Shown here: positions 47,002-56,800 of the stretch, piece after piece
Layout: each line of letters begins with the position of its first letter
Numbering within the stretch: position 1 is the first letter of the stretch
NCBI GenBank assembly: GCA_037143175.1
Contig: JBAWZF010000001.1
Span: forward strand, 106,199 to 170,198
Source of the DNA: a bacterium
GTDB taxonomy: Bacteria > Verrucomicrobiota > Kiritimatiellia > CAIKKV01 > CAITUY01
Direction of reading: 5' to 3'
Length of the DNA: 64,000 bases
Notes under the pieces: model-generated
Database searches by the model: none
Told to the model about the DNA's origin: nothing
Seen by the model: only the letters and a program-made list of their open reading frames with translations
Translations under genes and position numbers: made by a program

Positions 47002-48429
47002 TCATTTAAGTTCCACGAGGCGCCAGGAGACCCAGTCGAGGGGGATTTCTCCCAGGTAGGTTCGGGCGCAGACAAACAGGCGTTCGGGGCACCCCAGGAG
47101 ATCGAGAGGGATCTCGGCTTCAATGTCCCGCATATGGTGCAAAACTCTGATTCTATTGGTTGGTAGTGAAAGGTTCTGGTTGTGGACGGTATTTCCCAGG
47201 AGGCCGATCTCCACCCGGATCTTAGGCATCAGTTCGAAGGGGACATCGTGGCGGTACCCGAAAACCTGGATAGCTGCTGATACCGCTTCGCCCAGAGGGC
47301 GCGACAGGTTAATGGATAATTTGACGGCATTGGTTTCCAACTGGATATGGCGCCACTCAAGACCAACGAAACCATTGCGTTCAGATTCGGTTAAATGGTT
47401 TTCCTCATCACGTTCATCAGGCCGGGGGGGCGCGGTTGGCAACAGGCTCACCTTGGAGCGGGTCGTGATCGGAGCCGGGAAGACGATTCTTTCGAAATCT
47501 CCGAAAAGCTCATTGGTTCGCATGAATGATTCCAGATAGTGTGCGGCATATTCAAATTGGGACCGGTGTGCCCGCAACGCTTTTTCCTTGCCGGCAATCA
47601 ACTCCGGCGTCAGTCTGAAATCGCGCCAGGCAATATCGTCCTCGAAAAACGCTGGCGGTTTGAGGGGGAGGCCGGGGTGGTTGCCGCGCGGATTGGGCCA
47701 GCGGGGAAAATGGACCATGTAAGGGAAAACTTCAGGGCGAATCTCACTTTCAAGATTCCACAGGGTCAATTGTGTAAAGCAATAAAGTGCCCGGTGATCC
47801 ACGTTGAAATCGGCCGGGTGTGAAACGCAAATCTTGGTTGGCATAAAGGCGCGTATCACGCTGGTGAGATCCTTGACGATTTCTTCCCCTCGGTAAGGTG
47901 CCCCGGGCCGCAAGGCATTGGCATAGGGTACTGCAGTGGCGTGAGTCATCATCCCTTCGGCAGGAGGGCTATCGCCCCAGTGGTTGATCCAGATGCGGAG
48001 GGTCCCGAAGTCGGGATAGCCCAGAAACGTGAGTTGGTTGGTGGATAGCCCCAACGTTTCCGCCGCCACCACCGCTTCATTATGACGGATCAGGCCCATC
48101 TGTTTGACGGCTCCGGGGGCCAGTACGGCATGTTTGCGGTAAATTAGAAAGGACCATTCATTATTGTCCCCATATGTGAAATAGACCACCCGTACGGGAA
48201 GCTTCATGGCGACACTTTGCTGAATGACTCCTCCGCATCCAATGACTTCATCATCTGGGTGCGGGGCGAGGATGAGAATGCGGTCAGTGTTGCAAAGCGT
48301 TACAGGGCCTGAAGAGAGCCGTTCGGCTGTGGCCAGCAAGGGGACTGTGATGAGGGCGAGGAGGAGTAAACGCGCGCTGCAACTCCGTTTTTTAACGAAC
48401 CGCTTTTCCAAATACGATAACATGAACAT
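47002..48429 (-). CDS. PIG-L/LmbE family N-acetylglucosaminyl deacetylase domain protein with long C-terminal extension, secreted
   Basis: A signal peptide is followed by the hallmark ILILAPHPDDEVIGCGG and a downstream HxxH (VSHPADFNVDH). The total is about 475 aa. Confidence 0.75.
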   Translation of the reverse strand: MFMLSYLEKRFVKKRSCSARLLLLALITVPLLATAERLSSGPVTLCNTDRILILAPHPDDEVIGCGGVIQQSVAMKLPVRVVYFTYGDNNEWSFLIYRKHAVLAPGAVKQMGLIRHNEAVVAAETLGLSTNQLTFLGYPDFGTLRIWINHWGDSPPAEGMMTHATAVPYANALRPGAPYRGEEIVKDLTSVIRAFMPTKICVSHPADFNVDHRALYCFTQLTLWNLESEIRPEVFPYMVHFPRWPNPRGNHPGLPLKPPAFFEDDIAWRDFRLTPELIAGKEKALRAHRSQFEYAAHYLESFMRTNELFGDFERIVFPAPITTRSKVSLLPTAPPRPDERDEENHLTESERNGFVGLEWRHIQLETNAVKLSINLSRPLGEAVSAAIQVFGYRHDVPFELMPKIRVEIGLLGNTVHNQNLSLPTNRIRVLHHMRDIEAEIPLDLLGCPERLFVCARTYLGEIPLDWVSWRLVELK

Positions 48430-49120
48430 CGCGAACTCCCTTGTTAGCCGGCAGGGTTTCATCGTATTCAAAAATCGGCTTGAAGTCCATCCGTTCAAAA
48501 AATGCGCAGGCCCCGGCATTATTGGCGAGAACAGTGGCGTGGACGCCCGGGACATGATTGGTCTTGAGCTTTTGCAGCAGCAATGAAATCAGTTTAGAGC
48601 CGGTATGGTGGCCTCGTGCCTGCTTCAAGAGGTTGATATGGAGGTGGGCGGGGTAATTCTCCGGCACGTGGAAAGGGGGGCGGATACATTGACCTTTTCG
48701 CTTTATTAAGGCTCCCGCCATGGCCCAGGTTGTCGACTTGAAAAGAAGCCCCCGCCCGAGCGCCAGAAGGAAGGCTTGTGGGCCGATGCTCCAGTGGAGA
48801 CTTTTTCTGAAAGCATGGGTGTCAGGGGCAGCCGTCAGGTACCCGACTAGTTGTCCATTGAGTTCGGCAACCCAGGAATAATCGCTGACGAAGTCGGTAT
48901 AATATCGTGTTACAAGGTCACTAACCAATTCCCGGTCTGAAAAGAAGTTTTCCAGCGGCTCGCCCGCAGCAGCCGTTTCAGCGCAGATATGCCGGATGGC
49001 ACTCCGGTCACTGGCCTGATAGGGACGGATGTTCACGGTGTCTATGGAACTGGGTTGTTCGAGGGGGGGCATGAGTCTATTCCGGTTACCGTTGGCTGAT
49101 ACGGAGCTGGTGGCATTCAT
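48392..49120 (-). CDS. GNAT family N-acetyltransferase
   Basis: The acetyl-CoA-binding region reads LLQKLKTNHVPGVHATVLANNAGACAFFERMDFKP. The ATG at 49120 follows GAGGCGGGA. Confidence 0.75.
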   Translation of the reverse strand: MNATSSVSANGNRNRLMPPLEQPSSIDTVNIRPYQASDRSAIRHICAETAAAGEPLENFFSDRELVSDLVTRYYTDFVSDYSWVAELNGQLVGYLTAAPDTHAFRKSLHWSIGPQAFLLALGRGLLFKSTTWAMAGALIKRKGQCIRPPFHVPENYPAHLHINLLKQARGHHTGSKLISLLLQKLKTNHVPGVHATVLANNAGACAFFERMDFKPIFEYDETLPANKGVRDVHVIVFGKAVR

Positions 49121-49152
49121 TCCCGCCTCTAAGCTTAGGGGCGGAAGGTTGG

Positions 49153-49650
49153 TTACTTTTTCCTGGAATCCTTGTGATGGCATGCAATGAACTTGGCTCG
49201 CACCTTTTCGACATGCTGCTTCGTATCCGCTCCAAGCTCGCGGGCAATAGCCTGATATTCAGGGGAATCGGCTTTCACGATTTCGTAGAAATGTGAGTCA
49301 ATCAGTGATGTTTCCACGTCCAGAGCAACTGAAAGGGCATGTATGGGAGAGGGGGGCGTTAGACGTGCTGATTCTAATTCCTTTTTAACCATGTCCATTA
49401 AGGGTGCCATCGCAACGGTGTCGAACCGTCCAATATCCTGAAAAATCAGGCCCTTTCCCTGAAGGTGAACCACCGATGTGAGTTGAGCGGCATGTTCTTT
49501 TTCCTCAAGCGCAAGGTCCTGCCAGAATTCAGACATTTCCTGATTTGTCCGCCCGAACTCTGAGTAGAGGTCAGCGATCAGTAACTCACAGGTTATCAGG
49601 TTGTTGATAATCTTGCGTTGGGCTTCGCGAATATGATGCTTGATATCCAT
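49153..49650 (-). CDS. Ferritin-like / rubrerythrin-like diiron-fold protein
   Basis: ExxH-type motifs ALEEKEHAAQL and ELGADTKQHVEK lie in a four-helix-bundle-like sequence. Confidence 0.5.
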   Translation of the reverse strand: MDIKHHIREAQRKIINNLITCELLIADLYSEFGRTNQEMSEFWQDLALEEKEHAAQLTSVVHLQGKGLIFQDIGRFDTVAMAPLMDMVKKELESARLTPPSPIHALSVALDVETSLIDSHFYEIVKADSPEYQAIARELGADTKQHVEKVRAKFIACHHKDSRKK

Positions 49651-49769
49651 AGTGATGCGTTCTTTTTCTAATGTCTTCAAAAAGTACCACAATTCCGTGT
49701 GTCGGTGTCAAATGTCTTTTAACTAAAACATTCGATGCCACATGCTTCTTGGATATTTATGAGGAATCT

Positions 49770-50810
49770 CTACCGTTGGTAGATGGGGAGCTGGCGGTAG
49801 GAGACACTCAGGGAGAGAATGGCCATGCTGGTGCAATAGGTGATATCTTTATCATGGCTGCCCGAGATTGGCCATGAACCGTCTTTTGACTGCGTTTTAA
49901 GAATGGTGTCATAGAGGATCGGGGCAAAGGCTTCCCATTCCGGACCACCCAGCTGGAACATCCCGTTGGCCACATAGTACAGGGCATAGTAGCGGCCAGA
50001 ATCGCCACTGAACGGTGAGTCTTTTTTGAACTGATTAATAATATACTGCCCCGCCTTAAGCGTGACATCTTCGCGGTGCCTTCCGGATAGTTCCAGGCAG
50101 AGGAGGCCGATTCCTGTACGGGCCAGGTTGGCCCCGCCACCGGGCTGGTAGGCGAACCCATTGTCCTGGGTCCGGCAGCGGAGGATGAACTTCACGGCTT
50201 TATCAATCGCCTCCTTGGGCACTGGTGCGCCATTGTTCCGGGTCGAGCGCAAGGCCGCCAAGGCCCAGCCGGCAAGGGAGATATCGCTGTCGGTACTGGT
50301 GGGCTGATAGCGCCAGCCGCCAGCCATGGACTCGGGCTTATTGACATCCTGGGCGTCCAATATGATGCGGATGGCCCTTGGCAGAATCGCATCGATCCTG
50401 GCCTGGCGTTCCGGATCCACCATGCCGGAGACTTCCGAGAGCATCAGGCAGGCGATGTTGTGGCTATACATCTGGCCCTGGCCGCCCATCATCGTGCCTT
50501 TCGTGTCCGGGGTTGTGAGAATGAAATCTATGCCGTGATTGATCACATCGCCATAGGGAGGAAGTCCCGGTGTATGGCCCCGGGCCAGAAATGCCATGAC
50601 GGCCAGAGATGTGATGGCGGGTGACTGCTTTTCTCCGATCGCCCCATCTTTTGTTTGTGATTTGGCGAGGAAGGAGAGCCCTTTATCCACCGCCTCATCA
50701 AACGCGCGTTGATACTTTACATCTTGTATCACAGAGGGTGCAGCGTTGGACGAGGAGGCCAGCAGGAGAGTGAGCGTTGCCAGTCCAAGTAATCGTGTGA
50801 AGATATTCAT
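49770..50810 (-). CDS. Secreted prenyltransferase/squalene-oxidase-repeat (terpenoid cyclase-like alpha/alpha toroid) protein
   Basis: A signal peptide MNIFTRLLGLATLTLLLASSSNA is followed by repeated QxxDGSW/GGW-type motifs (QTKDGAIGEK, QDNGFAYQPGG, SKDGSWPISG). The ATG lies 1 nt after the giant-gene stop. Confidence 0.6.
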   Translation of the reverse strand: MNIFTRLLGLATLTLLLASSSNAAPSVIQDVKYQRAFDEAVDKGLSFLAKSQTKDGAIGEKQSPAITSLAVMAFLARGHTPGLPPYGDVINHGIDFILTTPDTKGTMMGGQGQMYSHNIACLMLSEVSGMVDPERQARIDAILPRAIRIILDAQDVNKPESMAGGWRYQPTSTDSDISLAGWALAALRSTRNNGAPVPKEAIDKAVKFILRCRTQDNGFAYQPGGGANLARTGIGLLCLELSGRHREDVTLKAGQYIINQFKKDSPFSGDSGRYYALYYVANGMFQLGGPEWEAFAPILYDTILKTQSKDGSWPISGSHDKDITYCTSMAILSLSVSYRQLPIYQR

Positions 50811-50811
50811 A

Positions 50812-53800
50812 TTACTCCTCTTCTCCATGACCGGAAACCTCATGGAAATAGCGCTGGATTAAGGGGCGGTATTCTTCGGGGCCTTCATTATTGGCCGCCT
50901 TGAGCACATCGTCTTTCAATTCACCGTGCAGACGGAGCCAATCCTGAAGTTTTAGCCCCATACGTCGTGCAAAGGAGGGGACCCCTTCGGAGGCCTGTGA
51001 GGTATCGTTTTTGCCGTCACTGTTAAGACTGGCCGATTGGAGGGTCGCAGGGCGTGCGTTGGCGCCTGAGGCTTGAGCATCGGCGGCAGCCAGTTGAGCG
51101 GCTTGCGCCAGTTGAGTGGCGGACTGTGCGGCGGCAGATACTTGTGAACTTTCCGCCGCCTGTTTGGCCGACTGATAGGCTTGGGCGATGGCTTCCTGAG
51201 CTGCCAGCGAGGCGGCGGGTTGCTGGCCAGGGGCCGCCCTGGGCGTTTGAGGGGAACCCGCAGCACTGGCAACCTGTTGCAATTGAGCGGAGGCCTGTTG
51301 CAGTGATTGGGCGGCGTTCTGCTGGTTCTGAAGGGTTTGGCTGGCAGCCTGTTGTTGTTCCTGGGCTGAGGCCCTGCGCCCGGAATCATCATCCTTTCCG
51401 GTTGCCTCGATGAATCGTTTGGCGGATTGTTCTGCAGATTGGGTTGCCCGGTTTAATTCCTGGGCCGCCTGTGCTGTTTTGGGGCCAATCTGGGATTGTG
51501 CCAGAACATCGTTCGCTTGTTCATGGAGTACGTTGGCTTCCTGGGTGAGTTCTTTCGCCTCTCCGCCCAATTGTTCCTGCTGTTGTTGCAAGGCATCGTG
51601 TGGCCTGTTCTCGGCGAGGGCACCCATCAGATGTCCCAGTTGTGCCTGCTGTTTTGAGAGGGTGTCGGCCTGCTGGGCAAGACGGGCGAGTTCTGCACGT
51701 TTATCGAGCCGGTCTGAGGCGGTCGCTGTGGTTGCGGAGCGAAGCGTATCGGCGAGTTGATTCATGGCCTGACTGGCTTCCGTCGCGGATGAACTTGCTT
51801 GTGGCAGGTCACCTTTTTGCATTTCAGAGGCGGTCTGACGGGCCGTATCTGCCGCCCGGGTTGCCTGTATCGCCGCGCGGGTGGGAGGGGGCTCCTTATT
51901 CAATTCACGTGCCAGCGCATCGGTTTCATCCGCTAATTTCTGCTGCTGTTCGCCCGCCTGTCGTGAGAGGTTTGCGTTCAGTAAATCTTTTGCGTTCTCT
52001 TTTCCTGTAATCAGGTTGGCGGCTTCGCGGTGAAGTTCCGCTTGCTGCCGGGCCAGTTCTGACAACTTTAGCGCATTGTTTTGTTGAAGGATCCGCGCGG
52101 CAATTTCGCTGGTTTTCAATGCCGCTTCGGCTGCGGCCACGGCATTGGCGGTAGCTGTGGACGTCACCTTCGTGGCTTCTGATTGAGCCTGTTCGGCGGC
52201 GCGTGTGGAGGTTGAAGCGGCGGCCTTCTGGGCTTGCTCGATGGCATTTTGGGCTGCTTGCTGGGCCGTTTGAGCCGCCTGTTGTGCGTTTTGAACCTGT
52301 TGATTCACGGACTGGACGGATTGTTTTGCCTGCTGTGAGGCGTCCCGGGCTGCGGCTTCATTTTGTTTGGCGGCCAGGGCGTTTTGCTGTGCGGTCTGAG
52401 CAGCGCGAGCCATTGCCTGTTCGTCGGGTTTACCCTTGGCTTGAGTTGCCTGCTGAGTAATCTGCTGAGCGGCCTGAGCACTTCGGGCCGCCGTCTGTTG
52501 GGCGGTGGCTGCCTGTTGATCGATTTGTTGGGCTGCCTGCCGGGCTTTTTCTGCTGCCTGCTTTGTGGCCTCTGCTGCTTGTTGGGCAATCTTGTTGGCC
52601 TCCTGAGCTTGCTGCGCGGCTCGTTGTGCGGACGCTTTCGCCGAGACATTTCCGAATTTCGGCGCAATGGCGGCGGTAACTTGGGCATTGGTCTTGATAC
52701 CTGCTGCCTGGGTGGCAAACTCGTTGGCCTTTAGCGCCGCTTCCTGGGCGGCTACGGCGTTGGCGGTGGCGGCGGCGGCCGCCTTGGCCGTTTCTGCCTG
52801 TGCCTGCTCGGCGGCGCGCGTGGAGTTGGCGGTGGCTCCCCGCTGGGCTTGTTCAGTTGCCTGTTGAGCGGCTTGCTGGGCCGCTTGAGCCGCCTGCTGT
52901 GATTTTTGCACCTGTTGTTCTGCGGCTTGGGTGGCTTGCTTTGCCTGCTCTGCAGCCGCACGCGCTTCGACTTCGTTCTGCTTCGCGGTCTGCGCATTTT
53001 TCTGGGCGGTCTGAGCAGCTTGAGTCATGATTTGTTCGTTGGCGGTACCCTTGGATTGCTGGGCCAGTTGTGCCGCTTGTTCAGCTGTTTGTGAGCCTTT
53101 AGCGGCGGCTTCCTGGGCTGTGGCCAATTCTTGTGCGGCCTGTTGGACTGACTGTTTGGCGCGTTCTGCCGCCTCACCGGCGATTTTGGCAGCTTGTTGG
53201 GCCATCCGGCGGGCGTCTTGAGCTTGCTGTTCTGAACGTTGAGTGGCGTTCTTAGTCGCGGCATTTTCAAGGTTGAGTTTACTGGAGTCCTGTTGCTCGG
53301 CTTTCAAGCCTGCGGCACGCGCGGCGAAGTCACTGGCTTTGAGCGCGGCCTCTTCTGCGGCCAAGGCCTTGGTTGCGGCTAAGGCGGCGGCCTTACGGGT
53401 TTCGTCCTGAGCCTGTTCAGTGGCGCGTGGGGACGTGGCAGAAGCAGCCTTCTGCGCTTGATCAATTGCCTCTTTCGCCGCCTGCTGGGCTTCTTCAGCC
53501 GCATTTTGCGCTTTTTGTGCCTGAACTTCGGCGGACTGGTTGATTTGTTTTGCCTGTCGCGCGGCTTGTGAGGCAGTTTGTGCACTCTTTGAGGAAGTTT
53601 GTTTAGCCATCGCCGCCTGTTGTTCGAGTTGTTGGGCTGTCTGCCTGGTATTTTCAGCCGCCTGCCCGGCGTTTACCGTTGCCTGCCGGGCAAGTTTGGC
53701 ATCTTCCTGTGCTTGCTGTGCGGCCTGTTGCGTGGCGGCTTTTGCCAGGGCGTTTTCGAGCGGGGATTTTCCTGAGGCTTGCTGTTCCGCACTCAGGTCT

Positions 53801-56800
53801 GTCGCCCGTTCGGCAATTTTTGCAGCTTTCAAGGCTGCTTCTTGTGCAGTCACGGCATGGGCCGTGGCTGCTGCTGCCGTCCTGGCAGTTGCGGCTTGTG
53901 CCTGTTCGGCGGCGAACGGGGTGGGGGCGGCGGCACCTTTCTGGGCTTGTTCAGTTGCCTGTTGAGCGGCTTGCTGGGTATCCTCGGTCGCTTTTTGAGC
54001 TTTCAGAACCTCTTGCTCGGCTGCTTTCAATAACCCTTGTGCCTGCTTGCTGGCCTTGCGTGCCGCGTCCTCGTTTTGTTGTGCGGACAGAGCTTTCTGC
54101 CGTGCCGCCTGAGTGGCATTGATCAGTTCCTGTTCGTTGGCTTTCCCCATGGCATGTTGCGCTTGTTGGGCCGCTTGTTCCGCTGCCTGTGAACTCTTTA
54201 CTGCAGTTTGCTTTGCCAGCGAAAGCTGTTGTTCGATTTGTTGAACTGCCTGTCTGGTTTTGTCCGCCGCCTGTTCGGCGCGTTGGGTCGACTGCTGGGC
54301 CAGCTTACGGGCATCCTGAGCCTGCTGTGCCGCCTGTTGTGTATCATTTTTTGCCGGGGTAACCGCAGAGTTGGGGGTGGAGGAAGCTTCCTGATTGGCT
54401 CTTATCTCCGCCGCCCGTGCGGCGAGTCCACTGGCTTTCAACGCCGCATCTGATGCCGTCTTGGCATGGACGGTGGCTGAGTCGGCTGACTTCGCAGTCT
54501 CGGCGAGCGCCTCTTCTGCGGCGTGTGTGGAAGTGGAGTAAGTTGATTTTTGAACCAGCTCAGCGGCTTGATTGGCCTCATGTTGGGCGGCTTGAGCCGC
54601 CTGTTGTGCTCGTTTCGCCTGGTCTGCCGCTGCTTGTGCGGTTTGTCTGATCTCTTGTGCGGCCTCGCGAGTCGCGGCTTTGTTTTGGTCAATTTGTTGA
54701 GCGGTCTGTTGGGCCCTCTCCGCAGCCTGTCCGGCGTTCAGTGCGGCGAGTTTGGCAAGGCTGCTGGCTTCCTGTGCTTGCCGCGCTGCTTGTTGTGTTG
54801 CGGCTTTTGCAGAGGGGTCTTCAGGTTTGGGGTTGGCGGAGGCTTGCTGGTCGGCATTCAGTTCAGCCGCGCGGGCGGCGAGTTCGCGCGTGGGGTTCGG
54901 TTTGATAGAATCCTGAGACTGCTGCTGTGCAGCCTGTGGCACGGCGGTCTGTTGAGCGTTGGCAGCCTGGCGCAGTATATCAGCGGCCTGTTTCAGGGCG
55001 TCGGATACGTTGGCCTGGGTTTCGACGGCATGTGCGGTTTTTCCGGATTCCAGATCGCGGGCGGCATTTCGCATGGCTTCGCTTTGGGCCGCTGCCAGCG
55101 GTTCGTTGCGGGCAAGATCTGCCAACTGATTCTGGCGAGTGGTGAGCTCGCGCCATTGGCTGTCCTGTTTCTGAAGTCGCTCCGTTTCTTCTTTTGTTAA
55201 AGCCGCGAGCTCTTTCTGCCGCGTCGCGAGGTCATTGGCCTGAGTGGCGGCTTGAGTCGTACGGTTACTGATAGCCGCGGCAATCTGGGCTGCGGAGCCG
55301 GGGGTTTCGCGGGTGACTTTGGCGAGTTCATTGGCCACCTGATTCTGGGCACGCTTCCACTCATTTGAGGCGGCAGCAGCCTGGGCGATGGCGGTCGTGT
55401 TACTGGAAGGGATGGGCGGGGTGTTGTCCATGTCTTGCCGGGCTTGCGCAAGGGCGGCCTGTTTATTCGCCAACTGCTCGAGTTTCACGGCGCGGTGAAC
55501 TGCGGCCCTGGCAATTTCATGATTCTCAATAGCCTTCTCCACGGTCTCCAGCGAGGTGGTGATTTCCGCAGTGATATTGCTGTTGATGGCGGTGCGCTCG
55601 GCGGGGGTGTCAAGAAGACGGATTTGCCCCGCCATATTTTCCGCCTTGCTGATATGGCCTTCCGCAAGTGTGGTCAGGTTACTGGCCATGGATTCAAAGA
55701 AGCCCTTGTCAATATCAGCGGCGATTTTCCTCAGCCCGTTGTCGGTGGAGGCCAGCGTATCCTGAAGGGTGTCAATTTGGCGGGTGGTGCTGTCGGGGAG
55801 GGTGGGCTGGCCCAACGGCTTTTCCAGGGCCCGTGCCTGTTCGCGGGCAAGGTTGAGTTGATCCCGGACCTTCTTGAGTCCCTGTTGGACGCGCTGATCC
55901 TGACTGGTCAGAACTTGTTCTGTCCAGGAGGCCGCCTGATTATCAATGAGGATGGTGCAGGGCTCCGAGTCGGTGCTCTGGGGACCTTGGAAAGGCCTCG
56001 GGAGGTTATCAAACGCCCGGATGCGGAAGGAGACGCGTGTCGCGTTGCTGAAACAGATGTCCTCAAGCGCGATAAGTGTTTCTCCATTGAGGGTTCTTGG
56101 AATTGTTTCTGGCGAGGAATCCGGCAGGGGCAGGGACCGGATCAGGTCGTTGGTCATTCCCGAAACAGTGCAAACAAGGGCCACGGCGGTTAACCCGTGA
56201 TCGTCTTCAGCCCGGTAGGTGATAGGGAGGCGGGCCTCGCGGTTCAGGTGCAGCTCACGGGTGAGGGGGCTGGTTAGGGTGACCACGGGTGGATTGTCCG
56301 GGATGCTCTGTATAGGGTGCTCGAATGGAGAGTTGGTCAGGTTGATTTCGTCAGTCAGTCGGATGGTCCAACTACCGTTCAGTTTTCCTGGTAACGTGAG
56401 ACTGAAATCATAAAAATTGATTTTTCCTTCCGTGCGGAGAAGTCCTGTGAAGGTGTTAGTCAGGGTGGGGGTCATCACCAAAAGTATGGCTTGGCGCGCG
56501 GGTTTGTTGACTTGAGCCGACAGGGATACGGCGGTGCCGGCAAGCGCCCGGATGGTTCCGGAGCCGTCACGCTCCTGCTTGATGCTCAGGCGTGAGTATT
56601 CGGGGTAGCTGTATTGGAGGGCGAGGTGTTCAATGACGGGGGGGATGGCCACACGGACGGTGAAATACCGGGAGAGTGCATCGCCGGCCTGAACGCGATA
56701 CCGGAAGTCGTTCAGGATGCGGGGAACGGTGACGGCAAAGCGTCGTCCCGGCTGATTGGTTGAGGCCGGCAGTGGAGCCATTTCCATGACCGTTACACGG

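Noticed and set aside
51054-56413. Numerous plus-strand ORFs of 60-250 aa inside the giant minus-strand gene (for example 51410-51760, 53540-53965, 54550-55200, 55435-56193)
   Set aside because: They are antisense reading frames of a GC-rich, low-complexity, Ala-codon-rich region and are Cys/Arg/Leu-rich with no start context. The minus-strand 2239-aa frame is continuous and organised into domains.
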